Below are positions 28,474 to 39,065 of a stretch of DNA of 64,000 nucleotides, piece after piece; the stretch's first letter is position 1; every line of letters starts with the position of its first letter. A program made the position numbers and the translations under genes. The notes beneath the pieces were generated by a model. It worked only from the letters and a program-made list of their open reading frames with translations, did no database searches and was not told the origin of the DNA. The DNA is from Calditrichia bacterium. GTDB lineage: Bacteria > Calditrichota > Calditrichia > RBG-13-44-9 > J075. The stretch covers positions 32,001 through 96,000 of the forward strand of contig JBOEGD010000009.1 in the NCBI GenBank assembly GCA_050633245.1. The letters run 5' to 3'.

Positions 28474-28533
28474 CACTCGTTTTTCTGTGTTCTGTAGTTA
28501 ACTAATAAATCATCAATCATCCTTTATCAATAG

Positions 28534-28568
28534 TTTCAATGGACAATGATCAATTGGCAATTGACAAT
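28534..28568 (+). repeat. Heptamer repeat (NNNCAAT)x5 overlapping the glycosyltransferase start
   Basis: tttcaat ggacaat gatcaat tggcaat tgacaat. Confidence 0.75.
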
Positions 28569-29585
28569 CTAGAAAATCTTTATAGCGGTATCAGACCAGA
28601 CGTAAGCCACGTTTACGTTGTGCCGTCCATTCCCGCAGTGTCCAAACAGAATCCATATCTGCAGTTATTCTATAAGCCAATTGAGAATTCTACGACAGTC
28701 CGGCTAAGCAGCACGTCTCGCCTCTCCCCTGCTATTCTCTGGAAACGTTTTCGTGGAGAGAAGAATATCGTGCACCATCACTGGTTCGAGTGCCATCACC
28801 TGCCTTCTCTATTAAACATGATATATAAGGTTGTCTTACTCAGCTGCTACAGACTGCTTGGCGGCAAGCTGGTTTGGACGGTTCACAATGTATCGCCGCA
28901 TCATAAGCGCTATCGCATTGCAAACCGCTTGCTAAGACGCGTATTCTCCCGACTGGCCAATAAGCTGCATGTTCATTGTGCATCAGCCGTCGGTATCGTC
29001 GCCGCGCATTTTGCTGTTTCACCGGAAATGTTCTCCGTTATTCCGCATCCGCTTTATCCAGTGCGCAAGATCGAGCAGCAAGAAGCCAGGCGTCAGCTTA
29101 TAAAACGCTTTCCGCAGCTGAGAGGACGTTCCAGGCCGATAGTCCTTATGCAGGGCTATCTGGCGGCATATAAGGGGGTTTTGCAGGCACTGGCGCTGCT
29201 GCAAAAAGAGCAGATTGACTTGACACTAATTGTTGCTGGTCCGGCAAAGCGTTATGAAACGCAGTACGTTAACTCGATTCGCACATTATCCGATCAGGAT
29301 GAGCGAATTATTTTGTTGGAAGGCTTTCTGGAACAAGCTGACCTCGATCTGCTGTTTAACAGCGTTGACTATGTGCTGTTAAACTATCAGCGCATTCTGC
29401 ACTCCGGCGGAGCTGTGCTGGCAGAATCGTATGGAAAGCAGATCATTGCGCCGCGCATGGGCTGCCTGCAAGAACTGGACGAGAAGGCACATCAGTTATT
29501 TTCAAGCGAAGCAGAGCTAATGCAAATATTAAAAACGATTGCTTCACAGCCATCTGTCAGCGAGGCAAACAATAATGCTTCGTAG
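28539..29585 (+). CDS. Glycosyltransferase (GT4/GT-B)
   Basis: NPYLQL, VWTVHNVSPH, YKG and SGGAVLAESYGK motifs. The start is uncertain because it falls inside the repeat. Confidence 0.85.
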   Translation: MDNDQLAIDNLENLYSGIRPDVSHVYVVPSIPAVSKQNPYLQLFYKPIENSTTVRLSSTSRLSPAILWKRFRGEKNIVHHHWFECHHLPSLLNMIYKVVLLSCYRLLGGKLVWTVHNVSPHHKRYRIANRLLRRVFSRLANKLHVHCASAVGIVAAHFAVSPEMFSVIPHPLYPVRKIEQQEARRQLIKRFPQLRGRSRPIVLMQGYLAAYKGVLQALALLQKEQIDLTLIVAGPAKRYETQYVNSIRTLSDQDERIILLEGFLEQADLDLLFNSVDYVLLNYQRILHSGGAVLAESYGKQIIAPRMGCLQELDEKAHQLFSSEAELMQILKTIASQPSVSEANNNAS

Positions 29586-30972
29586 CAAGCACTCAAAAAA
29601 CGCGATTTTTCTGTTTAGCGGAGACATTGCCGCACGCGCCGTCGGCTTCCTGATCACCGTATACCTGGCACGCATTCTCGGCAAGGCAGACTTTGGCGCG
29701 ATGAATATCGGCCTGACTCTGCTAACATACGCCTTGCTCTTCAGTAACTGTGGTTTAAACATATTTGGCACCCGCGAGTTATCCGCAACCGATGATCCGA
29801 ACAGTCCATTTGCCACTCGCCTCTTGCTAACGCGTCTTGGGCTCTCCCTGTTCTTTTTTATTGGACTCTATTTAGCTATTCCATATTCAGGCCTATCAGA
29901 TGAACTCATTCCACTGTTACGACTTTATCTGTTCTATTTATTTCCAGCAGCTATTTGGCTGGACTGGTTTTTTCAGGCGCGGCAGCAGATGGGTAGCATT
30001 ATGCTCGGTCGGCTGGCTGGCATGCTGGTTTATCTAACGCTGGTTTTGCTGCTGGTGCATAGCAGTGCAGACTTATTAAACACCGCTATAGCCTATGTTA
30101 GTGGTGGCGTAATGGCGAGTGTTTTTTTTCTGGCAGCCTACTATAAACTTGGTTATCGCTTTCACTGGCCAAAGGAAGGGTTACAGCCCGTCACTATGCT
30201 GCGAAACAGCTTTGTGCTGGGAATTGCCACGTTGGCGTCTCAGCTGGTGCTGCAGTTTCCAGTGCTGTATCTTGGCTGGACCGCCACACTGGAGGAAGTC
30301 GGGTTGTTTAGCGCGGCCTTCAAGCTGCTGGTGATGCTACTGATATTTGATCGCGTCTTCTACACTATCTTTTTCCCGGCAGTGAGTAAGCAAGCGGCAA
30401 ATGCACCGGAGAAACTTGCCGAAACGCTAAATCGCTTGTTGCGGCTGGCAGCCGTGTTTTCGGTCTCTGCCGGTTTTACAGCTATTGTTTTGGCCGAACC
30501 GCTTATCGGACTGATTTTCGGCGGCCCCTATCTGGAGGCCGTTCCGCTATTTCAGTTCCTTACTGGCTATTTCGTTTTAACCATGATGAACTCTGTTGTT
30601 GGTTACACGCTGCTGGCTCTTAAGCGGGAAAAACAGTATACGCGAGCGTTTGTTATTGCCATGACGCTCTTTTTTCTGCTGCTTTTGCTCTGGCCCGGTA
30701 AAATATCTGCCCACGCGGTTGCCGCCTCATTAATGTTCTATCAGCTGCTGGCACTGTTTCTAATGACGCTGGATTTGCGCAAGCTGGTGGCAGTTCCGTG
30801 GCTTCGCGGCATTGTTTTACCGGTTGCGGCTCTGCTTGCTTGTCTTGCCGTTTACACGTATGTTGACGGTATAATGCAGTGGCTGTTGCTGCCGATAGCC
30901 ATTGCAGTCTTTATTACAGCAGGGGGCATTGATCGCGAAGACATGGATTATGTAAAAAGGACACTCGGTTGA
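29575..30972 (+). CDS. Wzx-type polysaccharide flippase
   Basis: YLARILGKADFG, DWFFQ and VGLFSAA motifs, with many TM helices. ATG at 29575 follows GAGG. Confidence 0.88.
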   Translation: MLRSKHSKNAIFLFSGDIAARAVGFLITVYLARILGKADFGAMNIGLTLLTYALLFSNCGLNIFGTRELSATDDPNSPFATRLLLTRLGLSLFFFIGLYLAIPYSGLSDELIPLLRLYLFYLFPAAIWLDWFFQARQQMGSIMLGRLAGMLVYLTLVLLLVHSSADLLNTAIAYVSGGVMASVFFLAAYYKLGYRFHWPKEGLQPVTMLRNSFVLGIATLASQLVLQFPVLYLGWTATLEEVGLFSAAFKLLVMLLIFDRVFYTIFFPAVSKQAANAPEKLAETLNRLLRLAAVFSVSAGFTAIVLAEPLIGLIFGGPYLEAVPLFQFLTGYFVLTMMNSVVGYTLLALKREKQYTRAFVIAMTLFFLLLLLWPGKISAHAVAASLMFYQLLALFLMTLDLRKLVAVPWLRGIVLPVAALLACLAVYTYVDGIMQWLLLPIAIAVFITAGGIDREDMDYVKRTLG

Positions 30973-32261
30973 AGCTTGTGCAAGAAAGAATAGATATCCG
31001 TAGAAGAGACTGGTATCAAATGCTAGGCATCCCTTTTGAAATCATGTCTAACCAGACAGCTTGTCGTGGAGATTATAGAGCCCGCCGCTTTGAAGACAAG
31101 CTGGATGCACAGGCTGTATTTAGTCCAATTAATACACGCGCAAAACGCATTCGTTTTGCCAATGCCGGAGGGTCGTATTTTCCTACTGAACGAGCGGCAA
31201 TTGATGCCATTGGAGTAAGGCAGCAGACTGCATTAATGACTGCATTACTTTTAGCCAAACTTTTAGGTTCGGATAAGGAGGCCCCCTTTGTTCACCTTTG
31301 GCACTTACCTGCAACAACAGACCGCCTTTTTGGCTTTCGCATTGATACAGATTTTGCCAGCGATCAGGAGATCAACGATCTTTATCAGCTTTGTCGCAAA
31401 TACGACATTCCCGCCACCTGGTTTGTAGAGGTAAAGTCGCGTAAAAACAATCTCGGCATTTTTAAGAACATGGAAGGTCAGGAAATTGCCTACCACTGCT
31501 TCCGTCATAAGCTGCTGCACAGCCGCAGCGATATGAGCCGTGATATGCTCGAAGGACTGCGCTATATGAAGCTGGCCGGATTAAAACCACGCGGCTACGC
31601 GGCTCCCTATGGCGAATGGCGACCATTTCTCTCCGAATTATTGCGAGACTATGGCTTTGAGTATTCTTCGGAATTTGGCCTCGCTTACGACGCAATGCCA
31701 TTTTATCCACCGGGTGAAGATATTCAGTCCCTGCCACCACAGATTCCGATTCACCCCATTAGCGTCAATCGCCTGAAACATGCACATCATTCGCCTTCGC
31801 AAATGACCGCTTACTACCTAAATGTACTCTATCATAACGGAAGAAGAAACATTCCGACCTTCCTGTACCATCATCCCGGTCAGGGACACCTGCAGGTTTG
31901 GGAAGCCATTTTCCGCAACGTGCGGGAAAAGAATATTCCAGTGATGTCGATGGGTGATTATGCAACCTGGTGGAAGCGACGCAGTGAGCTCATGTGGTCT
32001 GCCGAGTGGATTGATGGTAAACTCAAGCTGCATAGTAATGAACCGGCAGACGACATTCGCGTTTGCGCGCATTGGCCCGAGGGCCGCACCGAGCTGCACA
32101 GCTTTAATCCGGAGATTACTCCCGTTGCAATTGACTATAAATTCCGCATCAAAATGGCGGGAAAAGAGTTGCACCCTGAAAAAGACCCCGAGCTTAATCG
32201 CTACACCATGCGCATGTTAAGGCACGATCTGTTTTGGCATTACGGGAGGCTAAAGCAATGA
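30969..32261 (+). CDS. Polysaccharide deacetylase-like (NodB/CE4) protein
   Basis: FRIDTD, PATWFV, EIAYHCFRH, GYAAPYG and YHHP motifs. Confidence 0.75.
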   Translation: MKLVQERIDIRRRDWYQMLGIPFEIMSNQTACRGDYRARRFEDKLDAQAVFSPINTRAKRIRFANAGGSYFPTERAAIDAIGVRQQTALMTALLLAKLLGSDKEAPFVHLWHLPATTDRLFGFRIDTDFASDQEINDLYQLCRKYDIPATWFVEVKSRKNNLGIFKNMEGQEIAYHCFRHKLLHSRSDMSRDMLEGLRYMKLAGLKPRGYAAPYGEWRPFLSELLRDYGFEYSSEFGLAYDAMPFYPPGEDIQSLPPQIPIHPISVNRLKHAHHSPSQMTAYYLNVLYHNGRRNIPTFLYHHPGQGHLQVWEAIFRNVREKNIPVMSMGDYATWWKRRSELMWSAEWIDGKLKLHSNEPADDIRVCAHWPEGRTELHSFNPEITPVAIDYKFRIKMAGKELHPEKDPELNRYTMRMLRHDLFWHYGRLKQ

Positions 32262-33298
32262 AGGTGCTTTTTGCCACCCACGAGGGCGTTCCGCTATATA
32301 AAGGCGGCCCATTTGTAAAAATTCAACGTTTGCAGGAGCATCTTACCGAGCTCGGCGTCGAGGTTCAGCTGTTCGATCCATGGAAGGCCGCAGAGCAGTT
32401 CGAATGGTGCGACTTTGTGCATCTGTACGGCGCAAACTTTGCCGTTTACAATCTGGCACGCAATCTGACCTATAAAAACGTGCCCTTTGTGGTGAATCCC
32501 ATCTTCTACACTCGCCGGTCAGCCAAAGCAGTGCGCATGATGAATCGCGTCGACAAGCTAACCCGTGGTCGCATTCCCGGTCTATGGTGGGAATGGGGGT
32601 TTACCCGCGACATATGCAATTGGGCAAAAGCTGTTTACCCAAATACTCAGGCCGAGCAGGAAATTATTCAGCACGGCATGGGGATTCCGGCGGAGAAGTT
32701 TACCGTCATCCACAATGGCGTCTCGCCGGAATTCATGAATGGTGATCCATTGCTATTCGAAAAAGAATATGGCTTGAAACACTTTGTGCTGTGCGTAGGA
32801 CATATCGGACCGGCGCGTAAGAACATGCTGCGAACCGTGCAGGCGATGGAAAAGATTGATCGTCCCTGCGTGATTATTGCGCGCTTATTCGATACCGGTG
32901 AAACGAAACAGGTTTTGGAAATTATTGAGCGCAATGAGCACATCACGCTGATTAAAGGATTGGAAAACGCCTCTCCCCTATTGGCTTCCGCCTATGCTGC
33001 CTGTCATACTTTTGTACTGGCTTCGCAGTTCGAAACGCCCGGTCGCGCGGCTTTGGAAGCAGCACTTGCCGGAGCCAATATTGTGATTACGCCATTCGGT
33101 GGCACCAAGGACTACTTCGCCGACATGGCAATCTATCCCGATCCGTATAGCAGCGATTCGATAGCCAACTCTATTACACAATCGCTCAGCACACAAAAAA
33201 CAAGTAATTTATGTGTAAGTATTCAGCAAAGTTTTGTGTGGAAAGAAATTGCAAAGAAAACCAAATTAGCTTATCAGGAAGTGCTCCGCTCACTTTAA
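32258..33298 (+). CDS. Glycosyltransferase family 4
   Basis: IHNGV, RKN and FETPGRAALEAALAG motifs. ATG at 32258 overlaps the previous stop (ATGA). Confidence 0.9.
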   Translation: MKVLFATHEGVPLYKGGPFVKIQRLQEHLTELGVEVQLFDPWKAAEQFEWCDFVHLYGANFAVYNLARNLTYKNVPFVVNPIFYTRRSAKAVRMMNRVDKLTRGRIPGLWWEWGFTRDICNWAKAVYPNTQAEQEIIQHGMGIPAEKFTVIHNGVSPEFMNGDPLLFEKEYGLKHFVLCVGHIGPARKNMLRTVQAMEKIDRPCVIIARLFDTGETKQVLEIIERNEHITLIKGLENASPLLASAYAACHTFVLASQFETPGRAALEAALAGANIVITPFGGTKDYFADMAIYPDPYSSDSIANSITQSLSTQKTSNLCVSIQQSFVWKEIAKKTKLAYQEVLRSL

Positions 33299-33328
33299 GA
33301 ACCTCGTTGACACCTGACACCCATATTA

Positions 33329-34921
33329 TTAAGGCAGCTTAAGCAAGCGCCAGGATTCATCCTGGAAGAGAACCTCGCTGCTACTATCTGCATACTCAAT
33401 CTTATTGGGAATCAGGAGATGCGTCACCTTCTGGTCTCGTCGGATAGACTTTAGTGCTTCCATATCCAGAGAGTTTTCACCGTATAGCTTTTTCACCTGT
33501 CGAAGACGTGCATACCACTCAAAGACATCGGCGCTTTTATACGGGATGCTTTTGAAATCAACAAGTATAGGGGCACCGGTTTCCAGACGAAAATTTTCCA
33601 GTTCCTCTAGCTCATCTCCCGGAATCACGTAGCAATCGCCAGGCCGCTTATTCTGTTTAACAAATTCCATAACCGGCATTGCATCATCGTTGTGATAACG
33701 TTTATAGGCGCCATTCATCGAGTAAACGCCGAATAGAACGGCTAAGCCCACGCTAATCCAGGACTGAAAAAAAACAATTTGCTCTGCTTTTCGAAATCCG
33801 CCAAAGCTATGCAGCTTCCGCAATGCCCATGCAAAAAACAGCGATATACTCAGCGGGATAAGAATGGTTGAAACCCGCCAGGGGAAGACAAGTGCAATAA
33901 AATTACTATTCCAAAGTATCTTTGCCAGCGTTAAAGCAGCACCTCCGACAAACAATATAATCAGAACGTGAAATAAACGCGTTCTACGGATCAGATAAAG
34001 ACCGCCAATCATCGTTAAAATGCGAAGATAAAACCATTCTCCATGTGCCCAGGTGTTTTGGATAATGTGGTGAGGAATACGAAAATTTACCAGAATACTT
34101 TGCGCCTCAGCGAGTGATACACGCGATTCATCTCCAAAGGTGAGGAAAGTATAAACCAGAATAGGAGTCACCAGCAGCTGCGCAACCAAAGCGATTTTCA
34201 GTGTTCCGGTCAACTTTTTCTCTGAAATGAAGTAAGACAACATAAAGCCCATTGTCAAAAGCGCCGATGGCAGTAAATAGGTGGGATGGATTGTCGCAGC
34301 GAGCGGCAAGAGGGCTGTTGCAAGCAACCATTTTCTCTGCAAGAACAGATAAATCGACAGCAGTAACAACACTCCAAATGCACTGGGTTGAAAAAATCTT
34401 CCCAGCAGAAACTGAGACTTCACTCCCCTGCTTAACAAGTGCTCCTGAGTAAAACCCAACATTACATTAGTTATCTCGTCGAGAATCATGGCATGAGCAA
34501 AAATCACCAGCCCGATCAAAATGCCCTTCAGCCAGCGAGAATCGGACAGCGGGAAGCAAAACGTTGCGATGCGTACCAGACAAAACAAATAAAGCCCGGC
34601 CAATATCAAGTGATAGAAATAAAACAACCCATCTGGCAATAAAACATTATGCGCTTTTACGAATGCACTAAAAACCGGTGTTGGATCAGCTGTTTGGGCC
34701 AGCCAATCTTCTGCAAGGAATCCGGTAGACTCCGCATAGCCATGTAGTAGATATTGATTCTGATTAGAGGCATACATCGGCAATTGGGTATAGGAAAGAC
34801 CAAATAGAACGGCCAGGATCAACCACTTCCCGAGCCCCATGCGCTCCATGAAAAAACGTTCTTCAAAACTTGGCAGCATACTGAACATATCCTCTGAATT
34901 TTCTTCCCGTCGACGCGACAC
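33329..34921 (-). CDS. Polytopic membrane protein, DUF6798-like (possible GT-C)
   Basis: SNQNQY, DWLAQTADPTPVFS, FRIPHH and VDFKSIPY..EWYAR motifs. The start is probably about 25 codons downstream. Confidence 0.6.
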   Translation of the reverse strand: MSRRREENSEDMFSMLPSFEERFFMERMGLGKWLILAVLFGLSYTQLPMYASNQNQYLLHGYAESTGFLAEDWLAQTADPTPVFSAFVKAHNVLLPDGLFYFYHLILAGLYLFCLVRIATFCFPLSDSRWLKGILIGLVIFAHAMILDEITNVMLGFTQEHLLSRGVKSQFLLGRFFQPSAFGVLLLLSIYLFLQRKWLLATALLPLAATIHPTYLLPSALLTMGFMLSYFISEKKLTGTLKIALVAQLLVTPILVYTFLTFGDESRVSLAEAQSILVNFRIPHHIIQNTWAHGEWFYLRILTMIGGLYLIRRTRLFHVLIILFVGGAALTLAKILWNSNFIALVFPWRVSTILIPLSISLFFAWALRKLHSFGGFRKAEQIVFFQSWISVGLAVLFGVYSMNGAYKRYHNDDAMPVMEFVKQNKRPGDCYVIPGDELEELENFRLETGAPILVDFKSIPYKSADVFEWYARLRQVKKLYGENSLDMEALKSIRRDQKVTHLLIPNKIEYADSSSEVLFQDESWRLLKLP

Positions 34922-35124
34922 GAAAGAAGTGGCTTAATATAGCGACTTTTTACAATACGCCGAAATGAAAAAGGCATTAAAGAACTGACCGATGCATCCG
35001 ATGATAAAGTGTATCCCTGCCCCCATCCAGGTCTTTCAGGCGGGCATATATTTGAAATAGCGCGAAAATGTTCACCTGCTGCCGGTAAGCATTTGTATTC
35101 CTATTCATCTAAAATTGGTAAACT

Positions 35125-38100
35125 ATGAATCGGGCGATACTTAAAAAGTGGAATAATGCTCTCCGGAGCGAACGTTATTTCGACCGTCACTTTTTAACTC
35201 AAAAACCTTTGCTGGCAGAGCAGCTACTGACAGGACTTAGTGCAGGATTCCCATCTGCCGAGCAGCAGGTAGAAGAGATTGTAAATTTTGTGCGTACCTC
35301 CGCCCTTGCGAAAAAGGAAGTGTTTCGCTCTCTCTTCTTATTGCGTGATGTTCTTTCAGACCTGCTTATTGAGCGTCCGCTATTGCCACGTGCCCCTCTA
35401 ATTTTATACCGTAAGAACACTGAAGATTTAATTCTTAAACTGACCGTGCGCTTCTCGGAGATAAACAAACAAGTTGAAAAAGAAACCGGCCTGAGTATCG
35501 CCAGGTTCAACAATGGTGAAATAGCACTAAGGCTTTCCGATGACTTTGTGATTCAAACGGTGCATGCCGGCCTGCCGAAACTGTTCGGCTATCAGCCGTC
35601 CGAATTAGACGGCAAATCTCTTTCACACCTTTTTGCCCCTGCAAGCCACAGCTTATTGCGATTTGCTGAAAAGCAATTTGCTGAAGCAATGCGCATGACG
35701 GTTTCACTCGATCTTGAAGCAATATCCATAAAGGGGCGCTTCTTTCCTGTTGCCGTTAGCATACGCAGAATAGCGAATCAGAAAGCCGCAGGCTTTCAGG
35801 TGCTAATTCAACAGCAGGATAACAGGGCAGCAACCCAAAACGTACTAAATCTTGTTACCATGGCGCTGGAGAGTGTTAGAGAAGGCATCGTAATAACCGA
35901 ACCAGTCGTTAATGGGCGCATTTTATTCATTAATAGTGCAATGACCCAATTAAGTGGCTTTAAACAGGCTGAGCTTAATTCTCAGGCCTTTTCGACCCTG
36001 TTTGGAGACATTTCTCCCGATCAACTGCAGGATATTTTTCAGGCATCTCTGGAAGATGGCTGGGAGGGAGAGTTTATGCTGCACTCCTCCGCGGAAAAAG
36101 AAATTCCGGTGCAGTTAAGAACGCATCCCATTCGCACTGATGACAATGAAATTGTTGCGGTTGTAAGTGTCTTAAGTAATCTTGAACGACGTAAGAAACA
36201 TGAAGCGCGAATCAATGAACAAAATATGCATCTTACATTTTTGCAAGAACTCTCCGCTATCCTCGGAAAGAATCTCGACCTTACGGTTACTCTGGATGGT
36301 TTTACAGCACACCTGCAAAATGTATTCGACCATAAGGGTGTCGACATCCTCCTTCCTCTGGAGGAACAGGGTCATTTTTTTCGCTTGTTTTACACATCGG
36401 GATTTCAGGAAGCAGCAATGCTGCGTAAAGAGATTTTTACTCTGACAGAGCTTCCATTCTTTGAAGACATTACATCTGGTGAGGAAGCAATGTTTAGCTT
36501 AACGGCCGAGAACTATCCCCGTGCATCTTACTATCGCTGGATGAAACTCAACAATGTACGTCACCTCGTTTACTTACCGGTGATTTTTTCCGGGCGTTTA
36601 ATCGGAGTTGTCGTACTTCGCTTTCAGGACTGTCTGCCATTTAGCAAAGAAGATTGCGACCTCTTAAATCAGGTGGTTGGCCAGCTCACGATCGCGATGA
36701 AGAACTTTATTCATTTTGATCAGATTCAGAAGACCAATAAAAAACTACAGTTGATCAGCAGTTTATTTTCTCAGGCTCGTAGCAATCAATCGATTACTTC
36801 AATCCTAAGTACGACTGCCGCAGAGATCTCAGAGACTTTTGGCTATGACAAGCTGGGATTTTATCGAGAGCGCAAACCCGGAGAGTGGCGCTTGATTTCG
36901 GCTTTTTTAAGTAAGGGAACCCCCTACCCTACAAATCTGATTGCAGCTGAAAAGGTAACCTTTCCGGGGATATGGCTGGACTGTCTTTCCTCCAAGCCAT
37001 TCGGCCAATTTTTTGATGACCAATTATCCGGTGAGCAAACGCGCTTTGCACTGTGGTTAACCGAAGAGTCTGCCTTTCGTGGCAAAATTGCCGTTTTGGG
37101 CATGTCTGAGTCTTACGTATCCGATCTTTCCTACGCCTTTCACGTAGACATTATTCAATCTCTGCTAAGAGAATTGACGCTGGCGATAGATCATATTACT
37201 CTTTTCCAACAAACTGTAGTTGCCGAACAGGAATGGCAAACCACCTTTGATGAGGTACAGATTGGTCTGGCAGTAGTTGATCAGCGTTTTTTAATTCAAA
37301 GAGCAAACAAGGCATTTTGGAAGATGTTTCAACAAGAAGGCTCACCACCCACTACGCCACAACATTCGCGTGAAATAATGATAAGCGAAGAGTTAAGAAA
37401 TGTTCCGGAAACCCATGCCGATGTGTATTGGAAAACACCGGTTGAATGGTTCGATAAGAAACGCAATAAATATTTTTATCGCCGCTTCTTTCCTCTCTCG
37501 TCTGTGGGAAAATCTTTTCAGGGCGGAATATTCACGGTAGAAGACGTGAGCGAGGCCCGCTCGAAGGAAAAGCATATACGCTATCTGTCGCGTTTTCCTG
37601 AGATTAATCCCAATCTGGTAATGAGTCTGCTAAAAAATGGACAAATCCGCTACTTCAATCATGCTACGCGTGCTGCGTTACGCAGTTTGGATTTACCGGA
37701 AGATGAACCACGTCACCTCATTCCGGTTACGCTGATGTTTGAATTGGAAAGTGACAAATTCACCCGCCATAGGGCGCATGATTATGTTCAGGAGGTGCAG
37801 GGTAAAGTATTTCAATTTGCCGCCTTTATGCCGGAAGGTGATGATCAGATTTACCTCTATGGCATGGAGATAACCGAACGCCTGGAAATGCAGGACCGGC
37901 TGATTCAAACCGAACGCGTTCGTGCTACCGGTGAAATGGCTACCGGTGTGGCGCACGACTTCAACAATTTACTTACCACAATAATTGGACGGACGCAACT
38001 AACGCAGCTGAATCTTTCTCAGAACAACACGGTCGACTTGAATGAGCAACTGGGAATTATTGAAAAAGCGGCGCTGGAAGGTGCCCAAATTGTGAAGCGC

Positions 38101-39063
38101 TTGCAGGAGTTAACTCGTAGAAAACGACAGAAAGCGTTTGAAGACATTTATCTAAGCGACATTCTAAATGACAGTCTGCTCTTCTCCACGCAAAAGGTGA
38201 AGGTCAACAATCAGGTTCGCGGCAAAAAAACCCGCGTCACCTCAGACTTCCAGTCTGACCTTGTAGTCAACGGCAATCCGATTGAACTAAAAGAAGTTTT
38301 CACCAATCTCATCTTCAATGCCTTTGATGCCATGCCGGAGGGTGGCGAATTGTTTCTAAGAACAATTAGCCGACCGGATAACATGATAGAGATTGTGGTC
38401 CGCGATACAGGAATCGGCATGTCCAATGCAATCCGGCAAAAAATCTTCGATCCGTTCTTTACGACAAAGGGCGAACGCGGCACCGGCATCGGTTTAAGCC
38501 TGGTATTTAACATCATTACGGCACACAAAGGGCGAATTAGAGTAGAGAGTAAACCCGGTAAGGGCACCACATTCAAAGTCTGGCTTCCGGCATCTAATGC
38601 CGTTCCGCAAGAAAAATCGAAAAGTGCTCCGACACAGCTTAATAACATTAGCGATTTAACATTACTGGTAGTGGATGATGAGCCTGAGTTATTGGAAACT
38701 ATCAACGACATTTTGCGGTTGAAGTTCAAACAGGTTGATATGGCAAATTCGGGAGAAGAGGCTCTCAAGATGGCCTCAAAAACAAACTACGACATCGTCT
38801 TGACGGATCTGGGAATGCCGGGGATGTCTGGTTGGGAAGTGGCGCGTGAGATGAAACTGCGTCTCCCGAACTGTCGGGTTGTATTAGTAACTGGCTGGGG
38901 ACTTCAGGCTAAGGACGAGCTGGGCAATCATCTATATGTCGATAGCATAATCGCAAAGCCTTATGATGTTCAAAGTTTATTGCAAACTCTTGTGACGATA
39001 TCCGGGTTAGAGGCTGCAAAAGATACGAAATCAGAGGCGAACGAAATCACCTCCGGCTCTTAA
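35125..39063 (+). CDS. Cytoplasmic hybrid sensor histidine kinase (PAS/GAF-HisKA-HATPase-REC)
   Basis: GVAHDFNNLL, NLIFNAFDAM, DTGIGM, FDPFFTTK and GTGIGL motifs; C-terminal VVDDE...TDLGMP receiver. Confidence 0.92.
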   Translation: MNRAILKKWNNALRSERYFDRHFLTQKPLLAEQLLTGLSAGFPSAEQQVEEIVNFVRTSALAKKEVFRSLFLLRDVLSDLLIERPLLPRAPLILYRKNTEDLILKLTVRFSEINKQVEKETGLSIARFNNGEIALRLSDDFVIQTVHAGLPKLFGYQPSELDGKSLSHLFAPASHSLLRFAEKQFAEAMRMTVSLDLEAISIKGRFFPVAVSIRRIANQKAAGFQVLIQQQDNRAATQNVLNLVTMALESVREGIVITEPVVNGRILFINSAMTQLSGFKQAELNSQAFSTLFGDISPDQLQDIFQASLEDGWEGEFMLHSSAEKEIPVQLRTHPIRTDDNEIVAVVSVLSNLERRKKHEARINEQNMHLTFLQELSAILGKNLDLTVTLDGFTAHLQNVFDHKGVDILLPLEEQGHFFRLFYTSGFQEAAMLRKEIFTLTELPFFEDITSGEEAMFSLTAENYPRASYYRWMKLNNVRHLVYLPVIFSGRLIGVVVLRFQDCLPFSKEDCDLLNQVVGQLTIAMKNFIHFDQIQKTNKKLQLISSLFSQARSNQSITSILSTTAAEISETFGYDKLGFYRERKPGEWRLISAFLSKGTPYPTNLIAAEKVTFPGIWLDCLSSKPFGQFFDDQLSGEQTRFALWLTEESAFRGKIAVLGMSESYVSDLSYAFHVDIIQSLLRELTLAIDHITLFQQTVVAEQEWQTTFDEVQIGLAVVDQRFLIQRANKAFWKMFQQEGSPPTTPQHSREIMISEELRNVPETHADVYWKTPVEWFDKKRNKYFYRRFFPLSSVGKSFQGGIFTVEDVSEARSKEKHIRYLSRFPEINPNLVMSLLKNGQIRYFNHATRAALRSLDLPEDEPRHLIPVTLMFELESDKFTRHRAHDYVQEVQGKVFQFAAFMPEGDDQIYLYGMEITERLEMQDRLIQTERVRATGEMATGVAHDFNNLLTTIIGRTQLTQLNLSQNNTVDLNEQLGIIEKAALEGAQIVKRLQELTRRKRQKAFEDIYLSDILNDSLLFSTQKVKVNNQVRGKKTRVTSDFQSDLVVNGNPIELKEVFTNLIFNAFDAMPEGGELFLRTISRPDNMIEIVVRDTGIGMSNAIRQKIFDPFFTTKGERGTGIGLSLVFNIITAHKGRIRVESKPGKGTTFKVWLPASNAVPQEKSKSAPTQLNNISDLTLLVVDDEPELLETINDILRLKFKQVDMANSGEEALKMASKTNYDIVLTDLGMPGMSGWEVAREMKLRLPNCRVVLVTGWGLQAKDELGNHLYVDSIIAKPYDVQSLLQTLVTISGLEAAKDTKSEANEITSGS

Positions 39064-39065
39064 TT

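Noticed and set aside
28291-28520. ORFs reading GDKETRRQ.../LSAFLPFC...
   Set aside because: These are translations of the octamer arrays, with no SD or coding signature.
35041-35058. GGCATATATTTGAA as a sigma54 promoter for the hybrid kinase
   Set aside because: The GG-to-TTG spacing is one base short of the strict -24/-12 geometry.
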